Positions 1-10,192 are shown, numbered from the stretch's first letter. The stretch: DNA of 64,000 nt from a bacterium (GCA_031082185.1 JAVHLI010000004.1:11608-75607), one strand, 5' to 3'. Numbers and translations: made by a program. The notes: generated by a model not told the origin, from the letters alone.

Positions 1-734
1 TCGTAGAAACCCTCCACCAGGACGCGGCCCGTGACCGGATCCTTCAGGGAAGCCAGCGCCCAGGCCATTCGGTTCCCGGCGCCCTCCACGACAGCGCCCA
101 GCGACGAGTGAAGATCCCGGCTCGTGGCGTGCAGCTCCAGGTCGAGGTAGCATATCCCCTTGATGCCGGTGGTGATCTGCAGCCGCTCCTTGAGGTCGCG
201 CTGCCCGGATTCCCAGATGCAGGCGTCGGAGCGCAGCGCGTCCGCGTGCGCCTTCACGTATGAACCGAAGTTGGGCGATCCGATCTCCTCCTCGCCCTCG
301 ACCAGGAACTTCACCCGGCAGGGCAGCCGGCCGTGGGCGGCCTTGAGTGCCCGCACCGCGGCCAGGCGTGTGACCAAGTCTCCCTTGTTATCGGCGACGC
401 CGCGCGCGTAGAGACGGCCGTCCCGGACCACCGGCTCGAACGGCGGCGAAGTCCATTCGCCGAGCGGATCCGCGGGCTGAACATCGTAGTGGTCGTAGAA
501 CAGAAGCGTGCGCTCTCCCTCGCCGGGGAACTCGGCGATCACGATCGGGGCGGCGTCTCCCTCCTGATGGAGAGCGACTGTGGCGCCGGCCTCCTCGAAG
601 GCGCCGCGGACCAACGCCGCGCATGCGGCTACCCCCTCGCCGGTGGCAGCCACGCTCGGTTGGCGGAGCATCGTGCGCAGGACCTCCAACGCGGGATCGG
701 TGTGCTCTCTGGCGATGTCTCGCAGCGACGGCAT
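1..734 (-). CDS. M20/M25/M40 family metallo-hydrolase (dipeptidase/desuccinylase-like), runs off the left edge
   Basis: Read by hand: ATG at 734 with CGGAGG RBS. MPSLRDIAREHTDPALEVLRTMLRQPSVAATGEG..., with FYDHYDVQP, RGVADNKGD and VEGEEEIGS motifs; paralogous to the neighbouring gene. Confidence 0.9.
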   Translation of the reverse strand, partial: MPSLRDIAREHTDPALEVLRTMLRQPSVAATGEGVAACAALVRGAFEEAGATVALHQEGDAAPIVIAEFPGEGERTLLFYDHYDVQPADPLGEWTSPPFEPVVRDGRLYARGVADNKGDLVTRLAAVRALKAAHGRLPCRVKFLVEGEEEIGSPNFGSYVKAHADALRSDACIWESGQRDLKERLQITTGIKGICYLDLELHATSRDLHSSLGAVVEGAGNRMAWALASLKDPVTGRVLVEGFY

Positions 735-747
735 CAGGGCCTCCGTA

Positions 748-2100
748 CTATGATTCGAGCGCGAAACGCTCCAGCACGTGCGCGATCATGACGATCGTTT
801 CCTCGAAGTCGGCAACCCGGATGTGCTCGTCCGGCGCGTGGGCGTTGCAGCCCCAGTAGCCGCTCCCAATGCTGAGAATCGGCACGCCCAGCAGATTCCC
901 TACGGGGTGCATCGGCCCGGTGCCCGCCGAGGTGGGAAGGAGCACCGTCTCGCGGCCGGTGGACGCGCGGACCGCGTCCACGACCGTTCGCACGAAGGGA
1001 TGGGAGAGATCTGTCTGGAAAGCAAGCTCGCCCCCCAGAGGCTTGATGGCACAATCCGCAAACCCGGAGCGATCGAGATGGGCGCGCAGGAGCCCTACGA
1101 TCTCCTCGGGGTCCTGGACGGGCACCAGCCGGAAGTCAATCTTCGCCCGGGCCCTGCGGGGCAGCACGGTCTTCATTCCGCCTCCGGTGTAGCCCGCCTC
1201 AAGTCCGCAGACGGTGCAGGTAGGCTCAAAGAGCAGGGCCCGCAACGCATCCCCGCCGGTGCGCCCGCCGATGAAGCCGCGGACGCCCGCGTGCACCTGC
1301 ATCTGCCCCTCTTCAAAGGGCACATCTCGGGCGGCGGCGACCGCTTCGGCCCGCGGGGCTTTCACCCTGTCGTAGAACCCCGGGATCAAAATGCGGCCGG
1401 TGGCGTCGCGCAGCCCGGCGACAGCCCACGCCAGACGGGTGGCGGCCCCTTCCACGACGGCGCCCAGCGACGAGTGGAGATCCCGGCTGGCGGCGGTCAG
1501 CTCAAGCTCGACGTAGCAGATGCCCTTTACCCCGGCGATGACGTTCATTCGTCCGGCCGGGTCCCGATCGCCGTACTCCCACACGCAGGCATCGGCCCTC
1601 AGCCGACCGCGCAGGCCGGCGACGTAGGAGTCGAAGTGCACCGACCCGATCTCCTCTTCACCCTCAACCAGGAACAGCACGCTACAGGGAAGCCCGCCCG
1701 AGGTATCGCGCAGCGCCCGCAGCGCCGCCACCCGCGTGACAAGGTCGCCCTTGTTATCGCTCGTACCCCGTCCGTAGATGCGGCCGTCGCGCACCGTGAC
1801 CTTGAATGGCGGAACCGTCCACTCATCGAGAGGCTCTGCGGGCTGCACGTCGTAGTGGTCGTAGAACAGGAGCGTCCGGTCGCTCCGCCCTGCGAACTCA
1901 GCCAGGACCGCGGGTGCGGCGCCGGGGAGGCGCTGTATCTCGGCCGTTCCTCCGGCGGCCTCGAACAGGCCACATACGGCCGTTGCCGTCTCCTCCAGCC
2001 CCTGCCCCTGGGCGGCTACGCTGGGCAGCCGGACAAGGCCGTCGAGGAGGTCAATGTGCTCGGTCAGGTGGGCGGCGGCGTGTGCGCGGAGGACATTCAT
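748..2100 (-). CDS. M20/M25/M40 family metallo-hydrolase (putative N-succinyl-L-amino acid desuccinylase)
   Basis: YDHYDVQP, RGTSDNKGD, EGEEEIGS and NAHAPDEH motifs. Start reset to MNVLRAH (ATG 2100) because the longer ORF overlaps the divergent GNAT gene. Confidence 0.9.
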   Translation of the reverse strand: MNVLRAHAAAHLTEHIDLLDGLVRLPSVAAQGQGLEETATAVCGLFEAAGGTAEIQRLPGAAPAVLAEFAGRSDRTLLFYDHYDVQPAEPLDEWTVPPFKVTVRDGRIYGRGTSDNKGDLVTRVAALRALRDTSGGLPCSVLFLVEGEEEIGSVHFDSYVAGLRGRLRADACVWEYGDRDPAGRMNVIAGVKGICYVELELTAASRDLHSSLGAVVEGAATRLAWAVAGLRDATGRILIPGFYDRVKAPRAEAVAAARDVPFEEGQMQVHAGVRGFIGGRTGGDALRALLFEPTCTVCGLEAGYTGGGMKTVLPRRARAKIDFRLVPVQDPEEIVGLLRAHLDRSGFADCAIKPLGGELAFQTDLSHPFVRTVVDAVRASTGRETVLLPTSAGTGPMHPVGNLLGVPILSIGSGYWGCNAHAPDEHIRVADFEETIVMIAHVLERFALES

Positions 2101-2160
2101 AGGAGTTACAGGAAGAGTTCTGGCCGTCCCCGGCGAACCCTTCTCAATCGTGAAGCAGAC

Positions 2161-2994
2161 ATGACGGAAATCGCCATCAAGACCATCAAGGACATCGAGT
2201 CGTTCCGGCGTATCGAGGCGCTCCAGATCGAGATCTGGGGGATGCCCGAGCGCGACGTCGTGCCGGTGCACCAGTTGCAGGCGGCGTCCGGTGCCGGCGG
2301 CGCGGTGATCGCTGCGATCGGTGCCGACGGTGATTTTATCGGTTTCTGCTACGGCTTTGCCGGATGGCGCGATGGCCGGCCGCTCTTCTACTCGCACATG
2401 GCCGGCGTGCTGGGGGGCAGGCAGTTGCAGGAGGTAGGGTTCCGGCTGAAGTGCGCCCAGCGCCAGGCCGCGATCGCCATGGGATACGACCGCGCCGTCT
2501 GGACGTACGACCCGCTCCAGAGCGTGAACGCGCGGTTCAACATGCACAAGCTGGGGGCCACCGCCTGTCGCTATCACGTCAACTACTACGGCGACATGCC
2601 CGACGAGCTGAACCGCGGTGTGGAGAGCGACCGGATCGAGGTGGACTGGGAGCTGCGCTCTCCCAGGGTTCGGGCCGCGACGTCGGGCCGGGCCGCGGAT
2701 CGCGTGTGGCCGCAGGCGCCGCACGCGCTGCGGGCAGAACCGGAAACCGGAGCGCCGGGTGATCCGGTGCCCGGGCTCGAGGCACCGGTGGTCCTCCTGG
2801 AGATCCCCACCGACTTCCCGGACATTCGGGTGCGGGACCAAGGCCTGGCCCAGGCGTGGCGGCTGGCCAGCCGTGAGGCGTTTCTACACTACTTTGGTCG
2901 CGGGTACCGGGCGGTAGACTTCCTCCTGCACCGCGGCGAACGGCTCAGGGGCGAGTACGTGCTTTCACAAGAGACCCACGAGGAGGAGCCATGA
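2161..2994 (+). CDS. GNAT-family acyltransferase (putative succinyl-CoA:D-amino acid N-succinyltransferase)
   Basis: YSHMAGV, LKCAQR, WTYDPLQSVNARFNMHKLGA and YYGDM..SDR motifs; ATGA overlap with the NSAR/OSBS gene. Confidence 0.85.
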   Translation: MTEIAIKTIKDIESFRRIEALQIEIWGMPERDVVPVHQLQAASGAGGAVIAAIGADGDFIGFCYGFAGWRDGRPLFYSHMAGVLGGRQLQEVGFRLKCAQRQAAIAMGYDRAVWTYDPLQSVNARFNMHKLGATACRYHVNYYGDMPDELNRGVESDRIEVDWELRSPRVRAATSGRAADRVWPQAPHALRAEPETGAPGDPVPGLEAPVVLLEIPTDFPDIRVRDQGLAQAWRLASREAFLHYFGRGYRAVDFLLHRGERLRGEYVLSQETHEEEP

Positions 2995-4100
2995 AGATCG
3001 AGGCAGTTGAACTGCGCCAGATCGAGATGAGGCTGCGCGCGCCGTTTGAAACCTCTTTTGGGCGCGAGGAGGACAAGGTCTGCCTGCTGGTTCGCGTGCA
3101 GGCCGACGGCCTGGAGGGTTGGGGCGAGGTGCCGGCCGGCATCGCCCCGCTCTACAACGAGGAGACCTCCGACACCGCGTGGTCTGTGCTGGAACGGTTC
3201 CTCATACCGCCGCTGCTTGGAATGCAGGTCCCCCGACCGCAGGCGTTCGCCGCCGGCGCCGTCCACATCCGCCGCCACCACATGGCCAAGGCCGGGCTGG
3301 AGGCCGCGCTCTGGGACATCGCGGCACAACGGCAGGGACAGCCGCTGTCGCGGCTGTTGGGCGGCGAGCGCGCCACGGTGCCGGTGGGCGTCAGCCTGGG
3401 AATCGAGCCGACGGTGGACGCCCTGCTTGAGCGCGTCGCCGACTACCTGGGTCGGGGCTACGGGCGCATCAAGATCAAGATCAAGCCGGGCTGGGACATC
3501 GAGCCGACTCGCCGCATCCGCGAGCAGTTCGGGGAAATCCTTCTCCAAGTGGACGCCAACTCGGCCTACGATCTGGCCGATGCCGCAACCTTCAAGGCGC
3601 TGGACGCCTTCAACCTGCTGCTGATCGAACAACCGCTGGCCGAGGACGACATGGTGGACCACGCGGCGCTGCAGGCACAACTGCGGACACCCATCTGTCT
3701 GGACGAGTCCATCGTACACGAGCGCGCGGCCAGGGCGGCCCTGCAGCTCGGAGCGTGCCGGGTCATCAACATCAAGCAGGGCCGGGTCGGCGGACTATCG
3801 GCGGCGGTGGCGATCCACGACCTGTGCCGTGCGCAGGGAATCCCGGTCTGGTGCGGCGGGATGCTGGAAACGGGCATCGGCCGGGCAGCCAACCTGGCCC
3901 TCACGTCGTTGCCCAACTTCGCGCTGCCGGCCGACCTTTCGGCCAGCGACCGCTACTTCGCGGAGGACCTTATTGACCCCCCCGTCACGCTCAACACCGA
4001 CGGGACGATAACGGTACCCACCGGCGTCGGCCTGGGCGTGCATATCGTGCCCGAGCGCGTCGAGAGGCACACGGTGCGGATGGCCAGGTTCACGGCGTAG
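2991..4100 (+). CDS. menC: o-succinylbenzoate synthase / N-succinylamino acid racemase (enolase superfamily)
   Basis: KIKIKPG, VDAN, IEQP, LDESI, NIKQGRVGG, WCGGMLETGIG and DLSASDRYF motifs of the NSAR/OSBS subfamily; GAGGAG RBS. Confidence 0.9.
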   Translation: MKIEAVELRQIEMRLRAPFETSFGREEDKVCLLVRVQADGLEGWGEVPAGIAPLYNEETSDTAWSVLERFLIPPLLGMQVPRPQAFAAGAVHIRRHHMAKAGLEAALWDIAAQRQGQPLSRLLGGERATVPVGVSLGIEPTVDALLERVADYLGRGYGRIKIKIKPGWDIEPTRRIREQFGEILLQVDANSAYDLADAATFKALDAFNLLLIEQPLAEDDMVDHAALQAQLRTPICLDESIVHERAARAALQLGACRVINIKQGRVGGLSAAVAIHDLCRAQGIPVWCGGMLETGIGRAANLALTSLPNFALPADLSASDRYFAEDLIDPPVTLNTDGTITVPTGVGLGVHIVPERVERHTVRMARFTA

Positions 4101-4237
4101 CGATAGCAGAGCTAATCCCCCAGCACCGGTGGCGGCATCACCGGCACCGCGATAGATCAACCAGTCCGCCCGCGTGCCGGCGAAGTTGCTGGGAACCGCC
4201 TGGTCAGGCGGGCCGGTGAGAGGTCCTCGCCATCAGA

Positions 4238-6874
4238 TCACCTGGTCCGTGTGAGCGCGCGCAGTTGTTCCAGGATTCGCCCCAGCCGCTCGATCTGCTG
4301 GCTGTAGCCGGCCAGGTCGCCGGCCCGCAGCCGTTCCTGCGCCAGGCGGTAACTCTCCATGGCCTCCTCGACCAGCGCCCGGACCTCGGTGCCGGCTTCC
4401 ACGGGCGCGCGGGGAGACGCCGGCCCCGACCCGCCCGCCGGCGCGCCACCGAACAGCTCGGCCAGCGCGGCTTCCAGTGTTGGTGCCATCACGATCCGGG
4501 CGCCGCTGGCGGCGATCACGCGCTTCAGCTCGGGCATCTGGCTGCGCTCGGCCTGGAGGAAGAGCGGCTCGACATAGAGGAGGCCGTCCTCGATCGGGAT
4601 CACCAGCAGGTTGCCGCGGATCACCTGCGAACCCAGTTGGTTCCACAGGGTCAACTGCTGGGAGATGAAGGGATCCTGGTTTATCCGCGCCTCCACCTGC
4701 ATCGGCCCGAAGACAACGCGCGCCTTGGGGAACCGGTAGACGATCAACTCGCCGTAGTGCGGCTGGTCGTTGCGGGCGGCCATCCAGGCGATCATGTTGT
4801 CCCTTCCGGCCTGGACCATCGGCAGCATGAGCACGAACTCGGGCGCGGTGCCCTCGGTCAGCCGCATCGTCACGTAGTAAGGCTCGACCCACACCGCCTC
4901 CTTGCCCAGCAGCTCGCGCGGGATCGCCCACACGTCCTCCTTGTTGTAGAACACCTGCGGGTCGCGCATGTGAAACGTGGCGTAGACCTGCGCCTGGAGC
5001 TCGAACAGGTCCACGGGATAGCGCAGGTGGGCGGCGAGCTCCGGCGGCATCTGGCCCGCCGGTCTGAACAGGTCGGGGAAGATCGCGGCCAGGGTGCGGG
5101 CAATCGGCTCGTCGGGGATCATCTGGTAGAAGGCCACGGAGCCGTCATACGCGTCCACCACGACCTTGACGCTGTTGCGCATGTAGTTGACGTCGCCGTA
5201 CCGCGTCGCGTACGGGTAGCGGTCGGTGGCGGTGTAGGCGTCAATGATCCAGAACAGCCGGCCGTCGGCAAGCACCAGGTAGGGATCGCGGTCGTAGCGG
5301 AGGAACGGCGCGATGCGCCCCACGCGCGTAGTGATCTGTCGGGCGAACAGCAGCCGGCTGTCCCCTCCGATGTCGGTGGATAGCAGCAGCTTGGCATCGC
5401 CGAACCGGTAGGCCAGGGCCAGGCGTGCCAGATAGCCCAGCTTTATCCCTCCCTGCCCGGCGTAACGCACGTAGACGTTCTCGTCCCCGCGCGGGTAGTC
5501 CAGCTCGCGGACGTTGGTGTTCACCACGACGTAGTCCGTGGTCAGCTCACCGTAGTAGATCTCCGGCCTCGAGATCGCCAAGCCCGGGACCGTCTCGGGT
5601 GGGATGTCCTTGACCAGGAACTCGGGCATCCCCTCCGGCGAGACGCGGTTGACCGGTGACATCACCAGGCCGTAGCCGTGAGTGTAGACCAGGTGCTGGT
5701 TGACCCAGGTACGCGCCTGGGGCGTCATCCGGCCGGTGGCCATCTCGCGCGCGGAGAGCATGACCTGCCGCTGTGCGCCGCCGATCGTGTAGCGGTCTAT
5801 GTCTACGTCGGAGAAGGCGTAGTACTGTCGCAGCGCCTGCAACTGCCCGTAGGCCCGCAGCAGCGGCCGGTAATCCCACAGGCGCACGTTCTCCACCGTG
5901 GCGCGGTTGCGGACGATCGCGGCGGCATCGAGCGGCGCGATGTGGAACTCGCGCTCACGCACACGGTCCAGGCCGAATCCCCGCAGCGTGCCCGCGATGG
6001 CGTGGCGGATGAACGGCGTCTCGGCGGTGAGCTCGTTGGGACGCACGCGCAGCGCCTGCACCAGACCCGGGTACACTACAAGGCCCCCGGCCCAGGCCAC
6101 GACGATCAATACAACTGTCCAGATCGCCAGGCGCACCGTGCGCAGCCAGGCGTTGGCGATCAGCAGCAACCCACACGCCGCAAAGAGCACGGTCAGCACG
6201 CGCAGTGCCGGGAGTACCGCGTGGACATCGGTGAACGCAGCGCCCAGAACCGGCCCTCGTGACGAGTACAGGAGATCGAAGGCGTCCAGATGGAACCCCC
6301 AGCCGCGCGCCAGCACCGCCGCCCCAAGCAGCACCGAGAGGTGCACCCGCACCCCCATGGGCGCCAGAGATACCCCACGCAGCATCATGCGGCCGTGGAC
6401 CGCACCGTACCCGGCGGCGACGCCGGCGGTGATGACCACGAGCCAGGCGAAGAGACCATCGGCCAGCATGCGGTAGACCGGCAGGCGGAAGACGTAGAAG
6501 CCCACGTCGCGGCCGAAGAGCGGGTCGGTCTCGCCGAACGGCCGGGCGTGCAGGAACTGCTGGACGGCCACCCACTCGCGCGAGGCCGACAGGCCGGCCA
6601 GCACCGCGACCGCCGCCAGGGCCCACCCCCACCACCTGCCGCGGCTGCTCCCCCAGGCCGCGAGTACGGACCGCAGGTTGACGAACGCCAGCAGCCACAC
6701 CGCAGCCGCGACCGCGAGCGTCATCGCGACCCTCGATAGGAACGGCACCCAGAAGACCCGCAGGTAACCGACCTCGGCGAACCAGAGCCAGTCGGTGTAC
6801 CAGCGCGCGATCGCCGGCCCCACCACGAAGAACACGGCGATCGCGATCCACAGTGCCAATCGCATCCGTCGCAT
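4238..6874 (-). CDS. UPF0182 family membrane protein
   Basis: 878 aa; YTDWLWF, DPLFGRDVGFYVF, RLWD, DVDIDRY, HLVYTHGYG, NYMRNSVK and VIRGNLLVIP signatures. Confidence 0.92.
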   Translation of the reverse strand: MRRMRLALWIAIAVFFVVGPAIARWYTDWLWFAEVGYLRVFWVPFLSRVAMTLAVAAAVWLLAFVNLRSVLAAWGSSRGRWWGWALAAVAVLAGLSASREWVAVQQFLHARPFGETDPLFGRDVGFYVFRLPVYRMLADGLFAWLVVITAGVAAGYGAVHGRMMLRGVSLAPMGVRVHLSVLLGAAVLARGWGFHLDAFDLLYSSRGPVLGAAFTDVHAVLPALRVLTVLFAACGLLLIANAWLRTVRLAIWTVVLIVVAWAGGLVVYPGLVQALRVRPNELTAETPFIRHAIAGTLRGFGLDRVREREFHIAPLDAAAIVRNRATVENVRLWDYRPLLRAYGQLQALRQYYAFSDVDIDRYTIGGAQRQVMLSAREMATGRMTPQARTWVNQHLVYTHGYGLVMSPVNRVSPEGMPEFLVKDIPPETVPGLAISRPEIYYGELTTDYVVVNTNVRELDYPRGDENVYVRYAGQGGIKLGYLARLALAYRFGDAKLLLSTDIGGDSRLLFARQITTRVGRIAPFLRYDRDPYLVLADGRLFWIIDAYTATDRYPYATRYGDVNYMRNSVKVVVDAYDGSVAFYQMIPDEPIARTLAAIFPDLFRPAGQMPPELAAHLRYPVDLFELQAQVYATFHMRDPQVFYNKEDVWAIPRELLGKEAVWVEPYYVTMRLTEGTAPEFVLMLPMVQAGRDNMIAWMAARNDQPHYGELIVYRFPKARVVFGPMQVEARINQDPFISQQLTLWNQLGSQVIRGNLLVIPIEDGLLYVEPLFLQAERSQMPELKRVIAASGARIVMAPTLEAALAELFGGAPAGGSGPASPRAPVEAGTEVRALVEEAMESYRLAQERLRAGDLAGYSQQIERLGRILEQLRALTRTR

Positions 6875-6933
6875 GCGTCAGACATCCCCTTCCCGGTTTG
6901 ACTGCCCCTCTGGGGGGCGATACGATATTCGCG

Positions 6934-7251
6934 ATGGACGAGCCGATTACCCGCGAGCAGGCCATCGAGGTGCTCAAGACCGTATTCGATCCCGAGATCC
7001 CGGTGAATGTCTGGGACCTCGGGTTGATCTACGACCTTCAGGTGGACGACGGCAACGTCGCCGTCAAGATGACGCTCACCGCGCCGGGGTGCCCGGTCGG
7101 CCCGCAGATCGCCGCGGAGATCGAGGAGAAGATGCTGGCCGCCGGCGCGAAGCACGCTCCCGTCACCTTCGTGTGGTCCCCGCCGTGGACCACGAAGAGG
7201 GTGACGCCCGATGGTAGGCTGCAGCTTCAGATACTCGACATCCCGGTCTGA
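6934..7251 (+). CDS. DUF59/SufT-like metal-sulfur cluster assembly factor
   Basis: VFDPEIPVNVWDLGLIY, MTLTAPGCP and VWSPPWT motifs. Confidence 0.9.
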   Translation: MDEPITREQAIEVLKTVFDPEIPVNVWDLGLIYDLQVDDGNVAVKMTLTAPGCPVGPQIAAEIEEKMLAAGAKHAPVTFVWSPPWTTKRVTPDGRLQLQILDIPV

Positions 7252-7273
7252 CCCGGGATCAGGAGTGTGTCCC

Positions 7274-7693
7274 ATGAAGCGCCAAGCCCTGGTGCTCGCC
7301 CTGCTCCTGGTGCCCGCTATGCTCCTGGCCGCGGCGTGCGGCCGCGGCGACCGGCTGGGCGACCTTCCTTACTTCCCGGGATCCACGCACGTCGGCAGAG
7401 CGTCTTCTGTTAGCGAGGCGCACGGGTTTCCCAGGTCGAAGTGGGAACAGATCGAACTGCGCAGCGCCGCGCCCTATGATCAGGTGCGGGAGTTCTACGC
7501 GAAGCTGACAATCAGCGGGTGGACGTCCACCTTCGAGAGCGAGACGCCCAAGAGCGCGGGCAGGGTGTACTACCGGTTCCTGGCTGACGCCAAGCGCAGG
7601 CAGTTCTACGTCGTCACCGTGGAGGAAAGGCAGGCGTCGCGTATGGTGGCGATCCTGTTGTGGCGCGGCCTGGCCACGGCGGCCCCACGGTGA
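7274..7693 (+). CDS. Hypothetical lipoprotein
   Basis: AGGAG RBS; MKRQ followed by a hydrophobic stretch and lipobox-like LAAAC. Confidence 0.65.
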   Translation: MKRQALVLALLLVPAMLLAAACGRGDRLGDLPYFPGSTHVGRASSVSEAHGFPRSKWEQIELRSAAPYDQVREFYAKLTISGWTSTFESETPKSAGRVYYRFLADAKRRQFYVVTVEERQASRMVAILLWRGLATAAPR

Positions 7694-7720
7694 TGTCCCG
7701 CGCTCGACGCGCCGTCACCG

Positions 7721-8188
7721 TCATTGTGCGCGACCCGGGGCCCTGGAACCCAACAGGTCTCGTAGCGACTCGCGCAGCAGGCAGGCCATGTCCATGGCCT
7801 GTAAACATGTCGCCTCGACGAAGGCCAGGCGCCGTGCTTCGTCTCGTGAGTGAACGACGCGCCCGCGCAAAGCGGCCATCCGCAGGCCGAGCGGGGCATC
7901 GTTGAGCAGTACCGCATCAATCGGCAGGCCCGCGGCCGCCTCCAGGCGGCATGCGAGATCGAGCTGCAGGGGCAACATGCCCGCGTCCGGGCAGCGCTCC
8001 GGATCCAGGAAGACGGCCACGTCAACGTCCCCAAAGGCCCGGTCCTCGACGAACGAGCCGAACACATAGGCGAAGAGGACGGCGCCTTCCGCGGCCAGGC
8101 TCTTTGCAACACGGACCAGCACGCGCTCGCGGTCAGATGCCGCAAGGTCGTGATGCTTCAGCGTACCAGTCCGCGGCTCTTCCTTCAT
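7721..8188 (-). CDS. Minimal nucleotidyltransferase (MNT) antitoxin
   Basis: AYVFGS...DVDVAVF polymerase-beta-type motif and IDAVLLNDAP; 4-nt overlap with the HEPN gene. Confidence 0.85.
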   Translation of the reverse strand: MKEEPRTGTLKHHDLAASDRERVLVRVAKSLAAEGAVLFAYVFGSFVEDRAFGDVDVAVFLDPERCPDAGMLPLQLDLACRLEAAAGLPIDAVLLNDAPLGLRMAALRGRVVHSRDEARRLAFVEATCLQAMDMACLLRESLRDLLGSRAPGRAQ

Positions 8189-8631
8189 GGCAACTCACCG
8201 CTTGAAGAAAGAACGTGAGCCCCGACGGCGGCCAGGAACGCCTCCAGGTCGCCCAGGTCCTGGCGCATGAGGTGATGCAACCGCCGGTCATCCACCCGGC
8301 CGTAGCCGTGGACAAGGAGGTTGCGAAGCCGCGCCAGGGCCGCAAGGCGGGTGGCCAGGGAAGCATCCACAATCCCCAGCTCCCCGAGCAACTGGAAGCA
8401 ACCGGGGTAGCTCTCTGAGACACGCCCCTGGCGGGCAACCAGATGGTTGCAGATGGTCGCCGCGGCTTCTACCACCACGGTCAGGCTGTACCGCGCGGCC
8501 CTGACCTTTTCGGCATCGGTGGAGAAGGTCTCCACGGACAGGACCGAGTAGGCGCGCAGCATCTCGCTCTCGCGCCGGATATCGGCGCTGCGGCTGCGGA
8601 TCATGTCCAGGTTGATGGGCAGAGAGGTCAT
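8185..8631 (-). CDS. DUF86/HepT-like HEPN ribonuclease toxin
   Basis: RNLLVHGY (RX4HXY) motif; start at MTSLPIN with GGGGGA RBS. Confidence 0.88.
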   Translation of the reverse strand: MTSLPINLDMIRSRSADIRRESEMLRAYSVLSVETFSTDAEKVRAARYSLTVVVEAAATICNHLVARQGRVSESYPGCFQLLGELGIVDASLATRLAALARLRNLLVHGYGRVDDRRLHHLMRQDLGDLEAFLAAVGAHVLSSSGELP

Positions 8632-8763
8632 GCTATCCCCCCGCGAAGATCTGCTGCTGCCTATCCTAGCAGATGGCTTCCGCCCTGCAGAGGGGAGGCA
8701 CCGAGTTACCACATGGCGATCTCCGGCAGGATTCGTGGCGCAGGACGCCTAAAGCGCCGTTGC

Positions 8764-10170
8764 ATGCGACGCGACCTGCTCGCCCTGGGCCTCTCAACCT
8801 GCCTCCTGCTCGCGGGACGCCTCCCGCCTGCCGACGCGACCGACCATCCTGCCCGGGTACTCGATCTCCGCTGGCACCGGACCGGCGAGGCGACGGGCAT
8901 CACCGTACGGCTCTCCGCGCCTGTGCGCTACCGCGCCGCTGCCTCCTCGACGGTCATCACGCTCGATCTGTGGAAGGCCGCGGGAGAATCAGAGCGCACC
9001 GTCGCCGTCGGAAGTGGCGTCGCGTCCTCGATCAGTCTGCGCCGGCTCACCCCCGAGGTCACGCGACTGACGATCCTCCTGCGTCGGCCGGCCCGGTTCA
9101 AAGTCTTCGCGCGCGACGATCGCCTCGTGGTCACGGTCTTCCCCAGTTGGAAGGGAGCCGTCGCGCTCCCGAAGGGCGTGGCATACAGGTCGCTCCGCGT
9201 CGCCACCGGCGCGGGTCGCGCGCGGGCTCACGTGGTAACGATAGACCCGCGCGCCCCTGGGATCGAGATCAGGTCGGCGCTCGGCGGCGGCGCGGTCGCC
9301 GCGACCGAGACCACCAGCACGGCAGCTACCCGGCTGGAGGCTGCGGCCGCCATCAACGGTAACTACTACTCGCGCGCGGGCCTGCCGCTGGGACTGGTCG
9401 TGCTTGACGGGCGCATCCTGTCGGCACCCCTACCTCGGCGCACGGCCTTTGGCGTGGACGCCGCGGGCCGGCCATGGATCGGCCCCGTGGAGTTCGGCGG
9501 GCGGCTCGTAACCGACACCGGAATGGAGGTCCCGATCTCCGCGGTCAACCGGCCGCCGCGCGCGAGCGGGATCGCTCTGTACACGCCGGAGTTCGGGCCG
9601 CAGACCCCGCCGCAGGCGCTGGTGGCGATCGTGCGCGGTGGCCGGATCGCCGCCTTCAGCAACGGGCGCCCGGCCATCCCTTCCGATGGCTACGCGCTCG
9701 CGGCGGCGGCCTCCCAGCAACACTTCCTGACCAACCTCGTACGGGAGCAGCGCGTCACGGTGCAACTGGCGCTTGAGCCGGGCGGCCTCCGCCACGCCCT
9801 ACAGGGCGGCCCGCGTCTGGTACGGGCCGGGGCGGTCGAGGTCCCATACGCCTGGGAGGGATTCGGCAGGTGGTTCGCCATGGCGCGGACCGCCCGGTCG
9901 GCAATCGGCATCGCGAGGAACGGCACGGTGCTCTTCGTCACGGTAGATCGAAGGGCCGGCCGTCGCGGCCGCCTGGAGAGCACAGGAATGAATCTCTTCG
10001 AGCTGGCGTCGCTGATGCGCTCGCTCGGCGCGCGCGATGCGGTGAACCTGGACGGAGGCGGATCCGCGACGCTCGTGGTGGGCGGACGCGTGGTCAGCGC
10101 TCCACCCCGGGCCGGTGAGCGCCGGGTGTCCGCGATGCTGGTCGCGCGGCACCGAACGGCGGAGCGGTAG
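8764..10170 (+). CDS. Secreted phosphodiester glycosidase (NAGPA-like) with N-terminal AMIN-like region
   Basis: Signal peptide; AAINGNYY, GGPRLV, ARSAIG and AVNLDGGGSATL motifs. Confidence 0.85.
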   Translation: MRRDLLALGLSTCLLLAGRLPPADATDHPARVLDLRWHRTGEATGITVRLSAPVRYRAAASSTVITLDLWKAAGESERTVAVGSGVASSISLRRLTPEVTRLTILLRRPARFKVFARDDRLVVTVFPSWKGAVALPKGVAYRSLRVATGAGRARAHVVTIDPRAPGIEIRSALGGGAVAATETTSTAATRLEAAAAINGNYYSRAGLPLGLVVLDGRILSAPLPRRTAFGVDAAGRPWIGPVEFGGRLVTDTGMEVPISAVNRPPRASGIALYTPEFGPQTPPQALVAIVRGGRIAAFSNGRPAIPSDGYALAAAASQQHFLTNLVREQRVTVQLALEPGGLRHALQGGPRLVRAGAVEVPYAWEGFGRWFAMARTARSAIGIARNGTVLFVTVDRRAGRRGRLESTGMNLFELASLMRSLGARDAVNLDGGGSATLVVGGRVVSAPPRAGERRVSAMLVARHRTAER

Positions 10171-10192
10171 CAGGCAGGCCCGCGAGGAAATC

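Noticed and set aside
748..2994. Long overlapping ORFs 748..2841(-) and 778..2994(+) as a giant bidirectional overlap
   Set aside because: Each is a real gene extended by the antisense shadow of its divergent neighbour; recognisable domains begin at 2100(-) and 2161(+).
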